Below, one piece after another: positions 49,696 through 62,881 of a DNA stretch of 64,000 bases (positions within the stretch are counted from its first letter, which is position 1; the number at the start of each line of letters is the position of its first letter). The notes below the pieces were generated by a model. It searched no databases. It saw nothing but the letters and a program-made list of their open reading frames with translations, and was not told where the DNA came from. The DNA lies in assembly GCF_009914755.1 (NCBI RefSeq), contig NC_060928.1, one strand, 5' to 3'. The position numbers and the translations under genes are program-made. The DNA is from the human T2T-CHM13v2.0 reference genome, Homo sapiens.

Positions 49696-50512
49696 TTTTT
49701 AATTTTTTACTTTGCAGTTTTATGGGTACATAGTAGCTATATATATTTATGGGGCACATGAGATATTTTGATACAGGCATACAATCTGTAATCATCACAT
49801 CAGGGTAAATGGGATATCCAATACCTAAAGTATTTATTATTTCTTTGTGTTACAAATGTTCCCATTATACTCTTGTAGTTATCTTAAAATGTACAATAAA
49901 TTATTTTTGACTGTAGTCAACGTGTTGTTCTATCAACCACTAGATCTTATTCATTCTAACTATATTTGTGTACCCAGTAATAATCCCCACTTTTCCTCCT
50001 GTTCCTCACTACCCTATCCAGGCTCTGGTAACCATCATTTTACTCTCTATCTCCATAAATTCAATTGTTTTAACATTTAGCTTCCACAAATGAATGAGAA
50101 CATATGAAGTTTGTCTTTGTGTGCCTGGCTTATCTCACTTAACATAACATCTTCCAGTTCCATCCATGTTTTTATAAATGATGAGATCAGATTTTTTTAT
50201 GATGGGATAGTATTCCATTGTGTGTAAGTACCAAATTTTCTTTATCCATTCATCTGTTAATGGACACTAAGGTTGCTCGCAAACCTTGGCTCTTGTGAAC
50301 AGTGCTGAAGTAAACATGGGAGTACAGATAACTCTTTGATGCACTGATTTCCTTTCTTTGGGTATAGATCTAGCAGTGAGACTGCTGGATCATATGGTAG
50401 TCTTATTTTTAGTTTTTGAGTAACCCCCATGCTGTTCTCCATAGTAGCTATACTAATTTGCATTCCCACCACCAGGGTACAAGGGTTCCCACTTCCCAAC
50501 ATCCTTGCCAGT
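49696..50512 (-). mobile_element. L1MA-type 3' fragment
   Basis: 'gggtacatagtag...tatttatggggcacatgagatattttgatacaggcat'. Confidence 0.85.
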
Positions 50513-50619
50513 ATTCTATACAGAGATTCTTTAAAAAATCAGAAAGGAAAAGCAAAAAAAGGTAATTGATGAAGAGCACTCATCAGAAAATTATTGCTAT
50601 GGAACAGACAGATACTGTG

Positions 50620-53510
50620 AACACATATTTTGCCATGATTTTAAACAAATATGATGAGCTAATTGCTTTTATAAGTCAAGATACAAAATAAACATGCAAA
50701 AACCCATGGAAGAAATGGCATAAGGATATGAAATTAGCTGGCACAGCACATGGAAAAAGTGAAAGAAATAATAATTAAAACAATCATGGTAAAATTAAAA
50801 GGACCTGAAAAGAGAAGAAATATTGTAGAAAACACAATAAGTGACATAGAAGATAAAAATGAAAAAATAGGCAAATTGAACTGAAAATAAAAACCTTAGA
50901 AAGAGTAAAGAAACTATGATAGATACAAAAAGTAGGCAATAGAGCCTTAAAGTACTCATAATCAGGGGGAACAAAGAAGAAAGAGAAATGTGGAACAGAA
51001 ACAAAAACATTTCAGAAAGCGTTTTTTATTTCAAAGGAAACTTGACCTAGTATTGAAAAGGCACATCATGAGTCACAAAAAGTCGATTAAAAATGATTAA
51101 CCCTGAAGAATATTAAATTTATTGGACTTCAAAAATAAAGAATCTTTTGGATATCTAGGCAAAAAAGATCAGCTAACTTATAAAGGAAAATAAAATCAGG
51201 CTAATCTCAGACTTATTGGCAACAAAATTGCATCTCAGAAAATAATGTAATAATAACTACCAAATTCTCAAAGAAAGAAAATATGACCCAAACATTTTAT
51301 AGATTGCCAAACTGTAACTTGTGTGTAAAGAAAAAAGATCAACTGTTTTAAAAATGCCAGAATGCAAGAACACATATTCCTCAAGGAGATGTTCCTTAAA
51401 GTCTTTTTGAAAAATTCATACATAACAAACTATAGCCCACCTAAAGATGATTGGAACACAGAAACAAATGATTAGTAGTGAGCATTGACTGAATTCATAA
51501 ATTAAGACTAAATTAAAACTAAATGAATTAAAACAAATAAAAGTGGAGACTAAGAATAATTATGGAATGTAAATATTGTGTGTTCTGATAATGTAGAAAT
51601 GAGATAATTAAAAAATTGAGAGGCAAAAGAAGAAGTAAAAGATTTATAGTCAAATTCGTATTCTGACTTCTACATCTTTCACATTTGGAAATAACAGAAT
51701 GAAACTTAAGCTAACAAATCAAATAACAAAAGTAACAGAAATGAAGAATACCTGTGACAGGCTCACCAGCAGACTCAACACAGCTGAAGAAAGAAGCAGC
51801 AAGTTTAAAGACAGGCCAACTAAATTTGCCCAAACTGAGATACACAAAAAAAGTGATAAAAAAGAACAGAGTATTCAAGTGTTGTAAAACAGTATCAAAA
51901 AGTGTAATATGCATGTAATTCAAATCCCAGAAGAAGAAGCGAGAATGAGGCAAAAGAAATATTTAAAGAGAAAATGGCCATGTATTTTTTTCAAACAGTA
52001 AAATTAATAAAAGATACCAAATCATAAGCTCCAGGACATCAAGCTCAGAGGACATCAAGTAGGATAAATAACAAATAGAAAATACACTTAGGTACATCGT
52101 ATTCAAACTGTTAAAATCAAAGATAAAGAGAAAATCTTGAAGGCAGAAAGAGGCAGAAAAGACACATTGCACACATAGAAACAAAGATAAGATTACAGTA
52201 GACTTTTCTTCATAAACCATGCAAACCAAAAGACAGTAGAGTGACCTTTTAACATATTGAAAGAAAAAAACTGTTAACCCAGAATACTTTACTCAAATTT
52301 TAAAATCTTTCAAGGCCGGGTGTGATGACTCACACCTGTAACCCCAACACTTTGGGAGGCAAAGGCAGGAGGATTACTTGAACCCAAGAGTTCAAGACCA
52401 GCCTGGGTAACAAAGTGAGACCCCATCTCAAATTTTTTAAAAAAATTTTAAAGAAGAAAAAGAAAAAAGAAAAAAAAAATTTCAAAAATAAAAGAAATGC
52501 ATTTTCAGATTAAAAACAAAAACTGAAAGAATTCATTTCCAGCAGATGTGTACTATAATTATTGTTACAGTAAATTCTTCAGAAAAAAAGATACCAGAAA
52601 GAATTTTGAATCTATATAAATAAAAAATGCTGAAAATGGCATGAATGGAAGTAAATATATTTATTATATTCTTATTTATAATTGACTCTAAAACATAGTA
52701 GACCATCTAAAGTAAAATTAGTAGCAATGTATTATGTTTATAGCATATGCAAAAGTATGTATGATTTAAAATAACACAAAGGGTGGGAGAAAGATATTGA
52801 GAGTACACTGTTGTAAGGCCCTTACGTAACATGTGATGCTATGTAATATTATGAATTAGACAGACTGCAATTAAATAAAGATGTCTACTATAAATCCTAG
52901 GACAAGTATTAAACTTTTTATTTAAAATATAATAATAAGCAAATACATTAGATTAAAATGGAATGATAAAATAAACTCCATCCAAAAGAATGCAGAAAAA
53001 CAGGGGAAAAGAAAAAACAAATAGAACAAATAGAAAACTGCTAGCAAATTAATAGATTACATTTCAACCATACAAATAATTATATTAAGTGTAAAGTGGT
53101 ATAAACATATAAATTAAATAACAGAGATCATCAGACTAGATTTTTTTTTAAAAAGCAAGACACAACTATATGCTGTCAACAGGAAATCTCCTTTTAATAT
53201 AAAGACAGAGAAGTTAAAAGTAAAAGGATGGAAGAGGTATACCATTCCAAAGGTAATTTTAGAAAACCTTGATTGGCTGTATTAACATCAGAAAATGTAG
53301 ACTTCAGGACAAGGAATACCACCAGGAAAAAAGAGAAGCATTACATAATAATAGGACAATTTGCCAGGAAGACATAACAACTTTAAATGTGTATGTACCT
53401 AACAGAGTTTCAAAATGTATGAAGTAAAAACTTACAGAACTGAAAAGAGAAATAGAAAATTCCCAATGTCTTGGAGGCTTCAATACTTCAACATTTTAAT
53501 CAATAGAAGG
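50620..53510 (+). mobile_element. Old L1M ORF1 / ORF2-start remnants (at least two pieces)
   Basis: A-rich L1 motifs such as 'aaagataaagagaaaatcttgaaggcag' and 'aaagtaaaaggatggaagagg'. Confidence 0.75.
52314..52480 (+). mobile_element. FLAM/AluJ left monomer
   Basis: Single arm with A-rich tail. Confidence 0.85.
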
Positions 53511-53560
53511 TGTAGAAATGTGTTTTCCAGGCTATCATTCATCTAAAATGTATAAATAGC

Positions 53561-53618
53561 AAATCCACTGGTTAAGCAGAGGGGGAACTAAATCCACTGG
53601 TTAAGCATCAGGGGAACT
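53561..53618. repeat. 29-bp tandem duplication
   Basis: aaatccactggttaagca(gag/tca)ggggaact x2. Confidence 0.9.
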
Positions 53619-53859
53619 AAATGCTGCTTTCCCATGCATGTAAACATCCCCTGTCTCTAAAGTGATTCTATTCAAATCAGCTCCCTTACTTGACTTGGGG
53701 TTCCTAAAATGGGAAAATGAATATGAATTTGTTGGCAGCTAGCTCTTGAGAGCTTGTCTGCAATAGAAGAGAATGAGGCCAAACCACAAAGGGAAGCAGA
53801 GCCAATAAATGGATTGTCTTGTTGTCAAGAGAGAACCCTATTAACAGTGTTTGAATTCC

Positions 53860-54340
53860 TGATACATTTTCAATCACTGTTCTAGGCACAAAGGATAAAA
53901 TAGCGAACAAAAGCAATCGTGCCCCTGCTTTCATGGCGCTTATTCTCTATGGAAGAGACAAGATCCAGAAATAAACCTATAAATTATTGTGGTGTGTGTA
54001 TATGTGTGTGTGTGTGGACGCATGCATGCCTGCCTGCCTTCATGCATTATAATCTCAGGTGGTGGTAAATGCCATGAAGAAAAATAATGTATGTGAAGGG
54101 TGGCGGGGGAGGGAGGGTTGTTCAAGAATGACTAGATGGAGGCATGCTCTTTTATAGGGTGATCACAAAAAGATTTTCTGATAAAGTAAACACACACCTG
54201 AAAGAAATGATAGTGCAAGCCACAAGTATATCTAAGGAAATGCACTGAAAGCAAAAGAACAGTAGCAATGAGTCTGAAATAGAAGTATGTTTAACATTTT
54301 CAAGGAATGGCAAGAGGTGATGTGGTCAGTATGCAGAGAG
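53860..54340. mobile_element. L2 fragment with internal (TG)n
   Basis: 'cactgttctaggcac...cccctgctttcatggcgcttattct'. Confidence 0.65.
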
Positions 54341-54376
54341 TTAGCTGAATAGTATTTCATTTTTAAAATTTTTTTT

Positions 54377-54476
54377 AAGGCTAGTCAAGAGAAGCAGTGG
54401 GAATGGAGAAGGAACAAAGACATCTGTAACTTGTTGTGATCAATCAGTTGTAAACACCATTGCACTCAGATCAGCT
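54377..54476 (-). pseudogene. Y RNA (hY3/RNY3) processed pseudogene
   Basis: Reverse complement matches RNY3 (ggctggtccgagtgcagtggtgtttacaac...cttgactagcctt) with several substitutions; A tail 54357-54376; TSD ag(c/g)tgaatagtatt at 54343-54356 and 54478-54491. Confidence 0.92.
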
Positions 54477-54499
54477 GAGGTGAATAGTATTAATATTTT

Positions 54500-55300
54500 A
54501 ATGAGTGAATGCATCTAACTTATTTGACCACTACCTACTGATGAGCATTTGCAAACAGTGCTGCAGTGACTAAACTCGTATGTATATCATTTCAAATGTT
54601 CAAGTATATTTGTTAAGATAAATTCACAAAAGTGAAATTGCTTAGTGAAAGGATGTCTTCATTTGTAATTTTGCTAGGTTGTGCCAAAATGCCCTTCATG
54701 GGAGTTTTTGTAATAATTTTTATTTCCGCCAACAATGGATGAAGTCGACTATTTTCTCACAGCCTTCCCATCCCAAAATACTGTTTTAATGGTAACAGCT
54801 TTTTTTTCTCTGTGCCAGGAACTATTTTAAGTATGTAACATAAATTTATACATTGAATACTTAAAATAACCCCAGTATGAGTTAGGTATAATTATGATTC
54901 CCATTTCACTAATGAGGAAACTAAGAAAAGACAGGTCAAGACATGTTCAAGGTCACTCTATGCCTAGGACTCAGAGCCCATGTACTCCACCTCCAGACAC
55001 AGGCTCTTCACCAGTACTCCACAGAGTCTCCTTAACCAACTTGTTGTCTTATGCCTATATGAGAGGTAAAAATGGTATCTGGATGTGTTTTTCATTTCTC
55101 TCATGGTAGTGGATAGCATGTTACATGATTAGACTGAAATTATAATTTACAGTTTCCTGAGTTGTTTCTATCCTTTACCCATGTTGTAAAGTGATTGCGT
55201 TTTTATTAATTTGTAGAAACTGTGTATAATGTAGATAGAAGCTCTTTGTCTGCAATATGAGTGATGTGAGTGGCAAATGTTTCCTATAATTTGTTCCATA
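54500..55300 (-). mobile_element. Old L1ME fragment with nested MIR (about 54810-55020)
   Basis: Antisense L1 3' motifs; MIR core 'cccatttcactaatgaggaaactaag'. Confidence 0.55.
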
Positions 55301-55412
55301 TATCCCCCCCCATGAATAAGCACTTAATTTACATGTTACCAGTATGAGTCTGGTTGTATGTTTTTTTCGAAATAGTTGGGGGAAAACTGCCTGTTTATAT
55401 ACTACTGGGAAT

Positions 55413-57837
55413 TGTTATGGAGATCTTTGGGGTGTCGATTTTCTGGCTGGAAACCTTCATGGCTGGCGGTGCCTTTGCCCAAGTTCTTGTCCTGCATTGG
55501 GAAGAATGAGGTACACAGACAATTGAAGGGTGAAGAAGACAAAGATGAGCTTTATTAAGTGTTAGCACAGCTCAGAGGAGACCTGCAGTGGGTAGATCCT
55601 CTCTGTAGGCAGGTCATCCAGTTGAGTGTTCAGCTCTCTCAGCAGAGAAGAGGTCCTGGAGAGGACAGCTCCTCTCTGCTACTGGTCGTCTGGACGTCTG
55701 CTGCTCTCAGCAGACAGAAGGCCCTGGATAGAGTTGCTCCTCTAGTCCCAGCGCCTCTGCAGGTCTCTGAAGCTCTCAGCAGAGAGGGTAGCTCCTCTCT
55801 GCAGCCTGTCCTCTTGTTGTCTCCTGCTATCAACAGGGAGGGTAGCTCCTCTCCTGCTATTAGCAGAGAGGGTACCTCTTCTCTGCAGTTGACCATCCTG
55901 TTCAGTCCTTTCTTCATTCTCTGCTCTGCTCTGGCTGAGCCCAGGGCTTTTATGGGCCTGGGAGGAGGGAAGTGCATGCTAATTGGTCCATGGGAAGCAA
56001 TGGGTGGGCCCAGGAAAAAGCACCATGAGTTCCACCTCTGGTCTGCAGGACTGGCAGCCCAGCCAACAGGCTTCAGGCCTGCCCCAGTCTGAAGGCGGGG
56101 CTTCACTGGGGACCCACCCCCTGTGCTCAGGGGCCTATCTGCCTCCCTCGGCCATCCATGGCAGCCAGGCTGCTAGCACTGAGGGGCACCTGCAGGCCAG
56201 TGCTCAGTCACCCTCAGCACCCCCCTCAGCTTCCCCTCCCACACTATTTTGTGCCCAAAGAATGGAGGGAGCCTAAGTAGCAGGGGGCTGGCCTGTCAAT
56301 GCTGCCTTGAGTGTGCACACACCCAGCCAGGTTGTGACAGCACCTGGGCTTGGCCTCAACCCTGCTGTGAGATCTGAGCAGGCGCTGGGAGTGGGGAGAG
56401 GCCAGGCAATGGGAGCAGGCATCTCTGAGCCTGCAAGGGCAATGGGGAGCCTTTTCATGCCCTCCAAGAGGGCAGGGATGCTTGGGTCTGCAGTGCTGGA
56501 TTGGGCAGCTGCAGCTGTGCCCAGGGGGATGGTGCTCCTGCTTGCTCGGTGGAACAGGAGGCCCAGATCGCAGCCATGACTTGAGCAGCTCTCCTGCCAC
56601 TCAATGGAGCGTGGCACGTGGCTGTGCCCCCTTGCAGCCTGGGGTGGAGTCTCCAGGGCTTTGCTGGGCCTGGCCCTGGCACTCAGGGATTGAGCTCCAT
56701 CACTGTGGCTCCCAGGGTGGTGGGCTTTGGGGGATGAAGGGGGCCTGCCGCTCCACACCTGTGGGTATTTCTCGTCAGGTGGGATGAGAGACTGAGAAAA
56801 GAAATAAGATACAGAGACAAAGTATAGAGAAAGAACAGTGGGCCCAGGGGACCAGCACACTCAGCAGGCAAGGACCTGCACCAGCGCTGGTCTTTGAGTT
56901 CCCTCAGTATTTATTGATCATTATTTTTACTATCTTGGCGAGGGGAGTGTAGCAGGTCAACAGGTGGGGAGAAGGTCAGCAGGGAAACATGTGAGCAAAG
57001 GAATCTGTATCATGAATAAGTTCAAGGAAAGGTACTGTGTCTAGATGTGCATGTAGGCCAGATTTAGGTTTCACTTTACACAAACATCTCAGTGTAGCAA
57101 AGAGTAACAGAGCAGTATTGCTGCCAGCATATCTTGCCACCAGCCACAGGGCAGTTTTCTCCTATCTCAGAATAGAACGAATGGGAATGGTCGGCTTTAC
57201 ACCTAGACATTTCACCCCCAGGGACGAGCAGGAGACTGAACCTTTCCTCTTATCTCAACTGCAAAGAGGCCTCCCTCTTTCACTACTCCTCCTCAGCACA
57301 GACCCTTTACAGGTGTTGGGCTGGGGGATGTAAAGTCTTTCCTTTCCCATGAGGGCATATCTCAGGCTGTCTCAGTGAAGGGAAACCTTGTACAATACCC
57401 AGGTTTCTTGGGCAGAGGTCCCTGCGGCTTTCCACAGTGCATTGTGCCCTTGGTTAATAGAGAATGGAGAATGGTGATGACATCTGCCAGGCATACTGCC
57501 TGCAAACATATTGTTAACAAGGCACATCCTGCACAGCCCTAAATCCCTTAAACTTTGGATCAATACAGCACATGTTTCTGTGAACGCAGGATTGGGGCTA
57601 AAGTTACAGATTAACAGCATCTCAAAGCAAAACAATTTTTCTTAATACAGATCAAAATGGAGTTTCTTATGTCTTCCTTTTCCACATAGACACAATAACA
57701 ATCTGATCTTCCTTTCTTCTCCCCACAGGGGGAGGGGGTTGGAGGGTAGGGCGGTGCTGTTTGCCTCCTCCCTGTGCTTTCTGTGCAGTCGTGGTGTGAT
57801 GGCAGTGGCTGTATCAGATGGCTGGTAGCTGCCATCA
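55413..57837 (-). mobile_element. MER52-family solo LTR interrupted by LTR5
   Basis: tgttatggagatctttggggtgtcg ... gctgccatca termini; flanks gaat/ggat; homologous to 7721-8840. Confidence 0.85.
56735..57727 (-). mobile_element. HERV-K(HML-2) LTR5A/B solo LTR
   Basis: 993 bp with TG...CA termini (tgtggggaga... on the minus strand); AATAAA signal; 6-bp TSD GGGGGA at 56729-56734 and 57728-57733. Confidence 0.88.
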
Positions 57838-57981
57838 GGATCATCTAGCAGTGTGGGAAATTCTTGAATTAGGAGACAGGTAAGGATTGCTGGAGTGGTG
57901 CCTGGAGCAGGCAAGAGTAGGTGGATAATAGTGTGCCTTATACAGCGTCACAAAAAGTTCATCTACAGTGACATATAGAAG

Positions 57982-58137
57982 CCTGACACAGTGGCACATG
58001 CCTGTAGCCCTAGCTACTCAGGAGGCTGAGGTGGGAGGACCACTTGGGCCCAGGAGGTTGAGGCTACACTGAGCCATGATTGTGCCACTGCACTCTAGCC
58101 TGCAGGACAGAGGGAGACCCTGTCTTTAAATAAATAT
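57982..58137 (+). mobile_element. FRAM/FAM Alu monomer
   Basis: Single right-type arm; TSD-like atatag(a/c)agc. Confidence 0.8.
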
Positions 58138-58311
58138 ATATAGCAGCATATGGAAAGGAAGAATGCGTGGGCACACATGCTAGTGTATGGGCTGGTGTGG
58201 TACTGGAAGTCTGTGCCAGTTTTCTTCTGAGTGCTTCATTTTTTCTGTGCAAAGTAAAACTCTCATGAACTGAGAGCGAAGATCAAGGAGGGGAAGACAT
58301 AAAATAAAATA

Positions 58312-59172
58312 AAATGTTGAAAGTAAAAGTTTGGAAAATATAAATAATGCCAACCTAACTCAAAGGAAGCTGGTATAGCAGTACTAATATCAAAGTAGAC
58401 CTTAAGTTAAAAACCATTACTAGTTATAGAGAGGAATATTTTTATAATACTAAAAGGACCAACCTATTAGGAAAATGCAGCAATTCTAAATTTTTATAGA
58501 CTTAGTAACTTAACCTGAAATAATATGAATTTTAAAATTGCAGAATATGAAAGAGAAATAAATGAATTCATATTCTTAGTAGGAGATTTTAACACAACTC
58601 TCTCCATAGCTTAAAGAGCATATAGAAAAAAATAAGGATTTAGGATATTTGAACAGCATGAGTAATAAACTTGGCCTAATTGGTATACATAAAGCACTGC
58701 ACCCAATAACTCTAAAAGAGACAATCATATCAAGGGCACATGAATCATTTATCAAAATTAACATTTCTGATCATGGTAGAAATTAGCTATAAACAAAAAC
58801 AAAAAGAAAACTGAAAAATGATCATATGTTTAAAAAGGAAGCAATACACTTCTAAATAATACATGTCAAAAAATTAAAACAAATCAAAAATTGTAAGCTA
58901 AAAAATAATAAAAATGCTATTTATCAAAACTTATGATACATATATAAAGCCGTGTTTAGACTAAAATTTATAACCTTAAATATATATGGTAGAAATCAAG
59001 AAAGGCTGAAAATTGAAGATCTAATCATCCATTTCAAGAAGATGGAAAATGAACATAAAATTGAGTCTAAAGAAATAGAAGGAAGGAAATAATAAAGTTA
59101 AGAATAGAAATCAATGAAACAGAAAACAAGCATAAGATACAACTAATCAACAACCAAAAGCTGATTCTTCAT
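58312..59172 (+). mobile_element. Old L1M ORF2 (endonuclease-region) remnant
   Basis: 'gtaggagattttaacac', 'aatacacttctaaataat', 'atcaatgaaacagaaaac'. Confidence 0.75.
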
Positions 59173-59675
59173 ATTGAAATACAAGCCTCATTTGCTGTGC
59201 TAGTAGAATAATCTCTTATACTTTCTAAGTATTTAGAATGCCAAATATGCTGCTTCCTCAATTCGAAACATGAGTAATTGTCTTTACAATTTCTATACTT
59301 AATATTTAAATTTTCACAAATTTAAAATGTGCAGACTCATTAAGAAAACAATTATGCACCCCAAATAATATTGGGGTTTTTTTCCCATGAAAATATTCTT
59401 AGCATGCCGATTTGTTTTTCGTTTGTTTTTTAAGTACCAGCAACATCAGTCAGGTTGCCACCAGATCACGTTTAAGACTGATGGAACATGGTGACGTCCT
59501 TTATAGTTGCCCTATCAATGACTCTGAACATAAAGGAAAAGTTAGTTACATTACCTATTCCGTCAAATTTGAGTCATTTTATTCCTAAATTTCAAATAAA
59601 ATTATAGTCTGTAACCCTCACACAGTGACTACATACTGAATTGAAGTTTGCATTTCATTGGCTATTAAGATATAT

Positions 59676-60010
59676 ATGGTATCTTAATGACAGGGATACA
59701 TTCTGATAAATGCACTGTTAGGTGATTTGGTCATTGTGTGAACATCATAGAGCGTATTTTTTACAAACCTAGATGGTATAGCCTACTACATACCGAGGCT
59801 ATGTGGTATAGCCTATTGCTCCCAGGCTATAAATCTGATCAGCATGTTACTGTAAATACTGTAGAAAATTGTAACATAATGGTAAATATTTGTGTATCCA
59901 AACATTCTAAACATAGAAAGGGTAATGAGTTGTGCATTATGATAGCAATGATGTCACTAGGTGGTAGGAATTTTTCAGCTCTTTTATAATCTTATGGGAC
60001 CACCGTCATT
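59676..60010. mobile_element. Tigger3 (MER7) DNA transposon
   Basis: 'cttaatgacagggatacattctga...acaaacctagatggtatagcctactac...tataatcttatgggaccaccgtc'. Confidence 0.85.
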
Positions 60011-60832
60011 GATTGTCTTCCCATCCACTGGCTAAAGACTTTAACAGGATTCCTAATACTTTCCTTTCTTCCCCCTGACTTATTGGAGCACACAACTCTT
60101 AATAATATTAGGATAGCTGATTGGCTTCTGCAAATCTCAAGGCTATATCTACATCTGAATCTATTCATAGCATATTGCTACTGGTAGTTTGTTCAATGCG
60201 AGGAATTGGAATGCGTCATGCACAATTGGTGTATCACAGAACTATATTTTATCCTCTTTGTAACATGCCTTATTTCCAGCATGTCACGATCCTAACTTTT
60301 TTAGTTCTTAATCTTATAGGACAACAAAGACAGCAAAAAAATGAAACCATTTGGGTGGTCTCTCAAGCACTGACCTCAGAGCTGGTCCCAGAAGTTGGGT
60401 GTCCACATCATGAAAGAATAAACACATGCCATCATCGTTGACACTAATTATGTACTTCACTTGCGTCTCCTCAGAAGAAAAGCCAAGAATAAAATTGCTG
60501 TAAAGAACAGTCTCTTTCTCATCACTTGGGGTGGCCTCTTTAGGTCAGGGTTAAAGTCCAGTTCCAGTGTGGTGTGAGATAGTGCACATGGCCAATGCTT
60601 GTGTTGTTCCTAAAGTGTGCAGAAGGAAGAGGAGAGAATCTCCTGGGACATTTATCCTCCATGACTCATCCACAAATCTTTTTGAAAAAGTTAAGAGAAA
60701 GTGAAATATGCTAAAAATATGGAAAAGGAGGCTCAGTGACATTATTCAGAATTTTCTTCCATATACAAAATTACCTATGAGATGCCATCATTTAACATAA
60801 TATTACATACAACCAGATTTTTAAATTATTGA

Positions 60833-61123
<291 letters not shown>

Positions 61124-61312
61124 CAAATTATTGACTTTTTAAACACTACACTTAGACTACCAAAAATGTGGTATTGATCAGTCATAAGCAGGCCAACCAA
61201 ATTGGCCTGCTAACTATAAATCTAACTTGCAGTTAGCAGGACAATTTAGCTCCCATATATTCTGCTATATTGGATTTATTAGTAACAAAATTAATATTTA
61301 GACTTCCATATC

Positions 61313-61491
61313 CTGCGCCAGCTGCATGGGTTTATAATCTAACTAATCACACAGGGTTCCATACTTTAAAAATCCCTTGAATTGGCATAAGGCTCTGCTG
61401 TCATTATCTTGAAATTCTTAATGGCCATTAAACAAGGGGGCTCACATTTTCATTTTCACATTGGGATCTACAAATTATCACAGCATTCCTG
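61313..61491. mobile_element. MER91A-like hAT-Tip100 element
   Basis: 'gctctgctgtcattatcttgaaattcttaa...cattttcattttcacattggg..ctacaaattat'. Confidence 0.65.
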
Positions 61492-62229
61492 CCATGGATA
61501 CCATTCATTAGCTTTTATTTCTCACCTTGTTCTATTTACATGGGGGCAGAGAGATGCTATTTATTGAGTAGCTCTTCAAAATCCCAGTTTATTAAATCAT
61601 AGGAAGAGTAACAGTATTTAATGATAAAAGGCACGATTTGTGGAATTTATGTCATGTATGTCATAAACCTGGTTATAGCATGCAATATGGAAACTAAATA
61701 CATTGAACTGAGCTGTCAGCAAAACAAGGAAAATGTAGTGAAAATAACATGATAGTTAAAGGCTTTAACAGACTTCTTTTAGAATAGGATGGTTTTGATA
61801 GCCAGAAACATTAAGCAAAAACATAGAGGAACTGAGTTTCCTTCCAGCAGAAATTTACGTTTTTCTATATTGTCTGTGGAAAATAATCAGTTGTGTGCTT
61901 AATCACAAAGAAAATATTAAAAGCTAAAAAAGAGGGTTTTTATAGCTTACATTTGAGTAGCATAATCCAATAAAATTAGAAGCAAATAATGAATGAGGCT
62001 CTCACCAAAATCTTAACTATGTGAATATAAAGAAACATGCTACTAGAGAATTCTTGAATCAAAGAGGAACTCAAACTGGAAATTATATCAAGAGAGCAAT
62101 AAATAGGAGCACCCTAATTTTGAAAAACAGTGGGAGTCAGAAGAAAATTTTTAGCCGTGACTTCATTTTTAAGGAAGAAAGACCAAACAAAAAAGGCTTT
62201 ACAAAAACTACATTTTTTCCATGCTTTGG

Positions 62230-62881
62230 CTTTATACCTATAAAATCTAGAAACTGTAGAGAAAAATCAAAATAAATAATAAAAGTATTCCTAAATTAAT
62301 ACCTTTTTTCTGTCTAGTAATAAACAATCAAAAATTGATATGGAAAAATATTTCATTCCCAATAGTGATAAAAACCTATTTTAGAAAACATAGAAGTAAA
62401 TATAACAATATAGACACAGGATTATATGAGTAAAATTATAAAAACATATTAAAGTACATTAAAAATATATAAACAAATGGAAATAAATAACATTCTTGGA
62501 CATAAAGACTACATTTAATAGAAATAAATTATCTCAATATTGATACATAGACTTTATGCAACCTCAGTTAGAATCCAAGTTGTTTTGTAGGTTACTGGTG
62601 GTGGCAGGTGCAGTTAAAATCATCTTCAATTTCTAAAAAAGAATAACTATTTGAAGATGTTCAAGAAAAGTTTCTAAAAGAACATATTGGGAAAGTATTG
62701 GTCTTACCAGACAACAAGATGTAGTATAAAACTATAATAATCAGCTTGGTAGAATAAAATAAATATGCCATATCTAGACACCAGTGCACATTAAAAAAAT
62801 TTAATGTATGCCAATGATAGTCATTTAATTTTTTAGGAGACATAGGATTTTAATAAATGGCTCTGGTACAAGTAACCATAC
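62230..62881 (+). mobile_element. Old L1M ORF2 remnant
   Basis: Degenerate 'aacaaatggaaa...', 'tataaaactataataatca', 'taataaatgg'. Confidence 0.6.
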
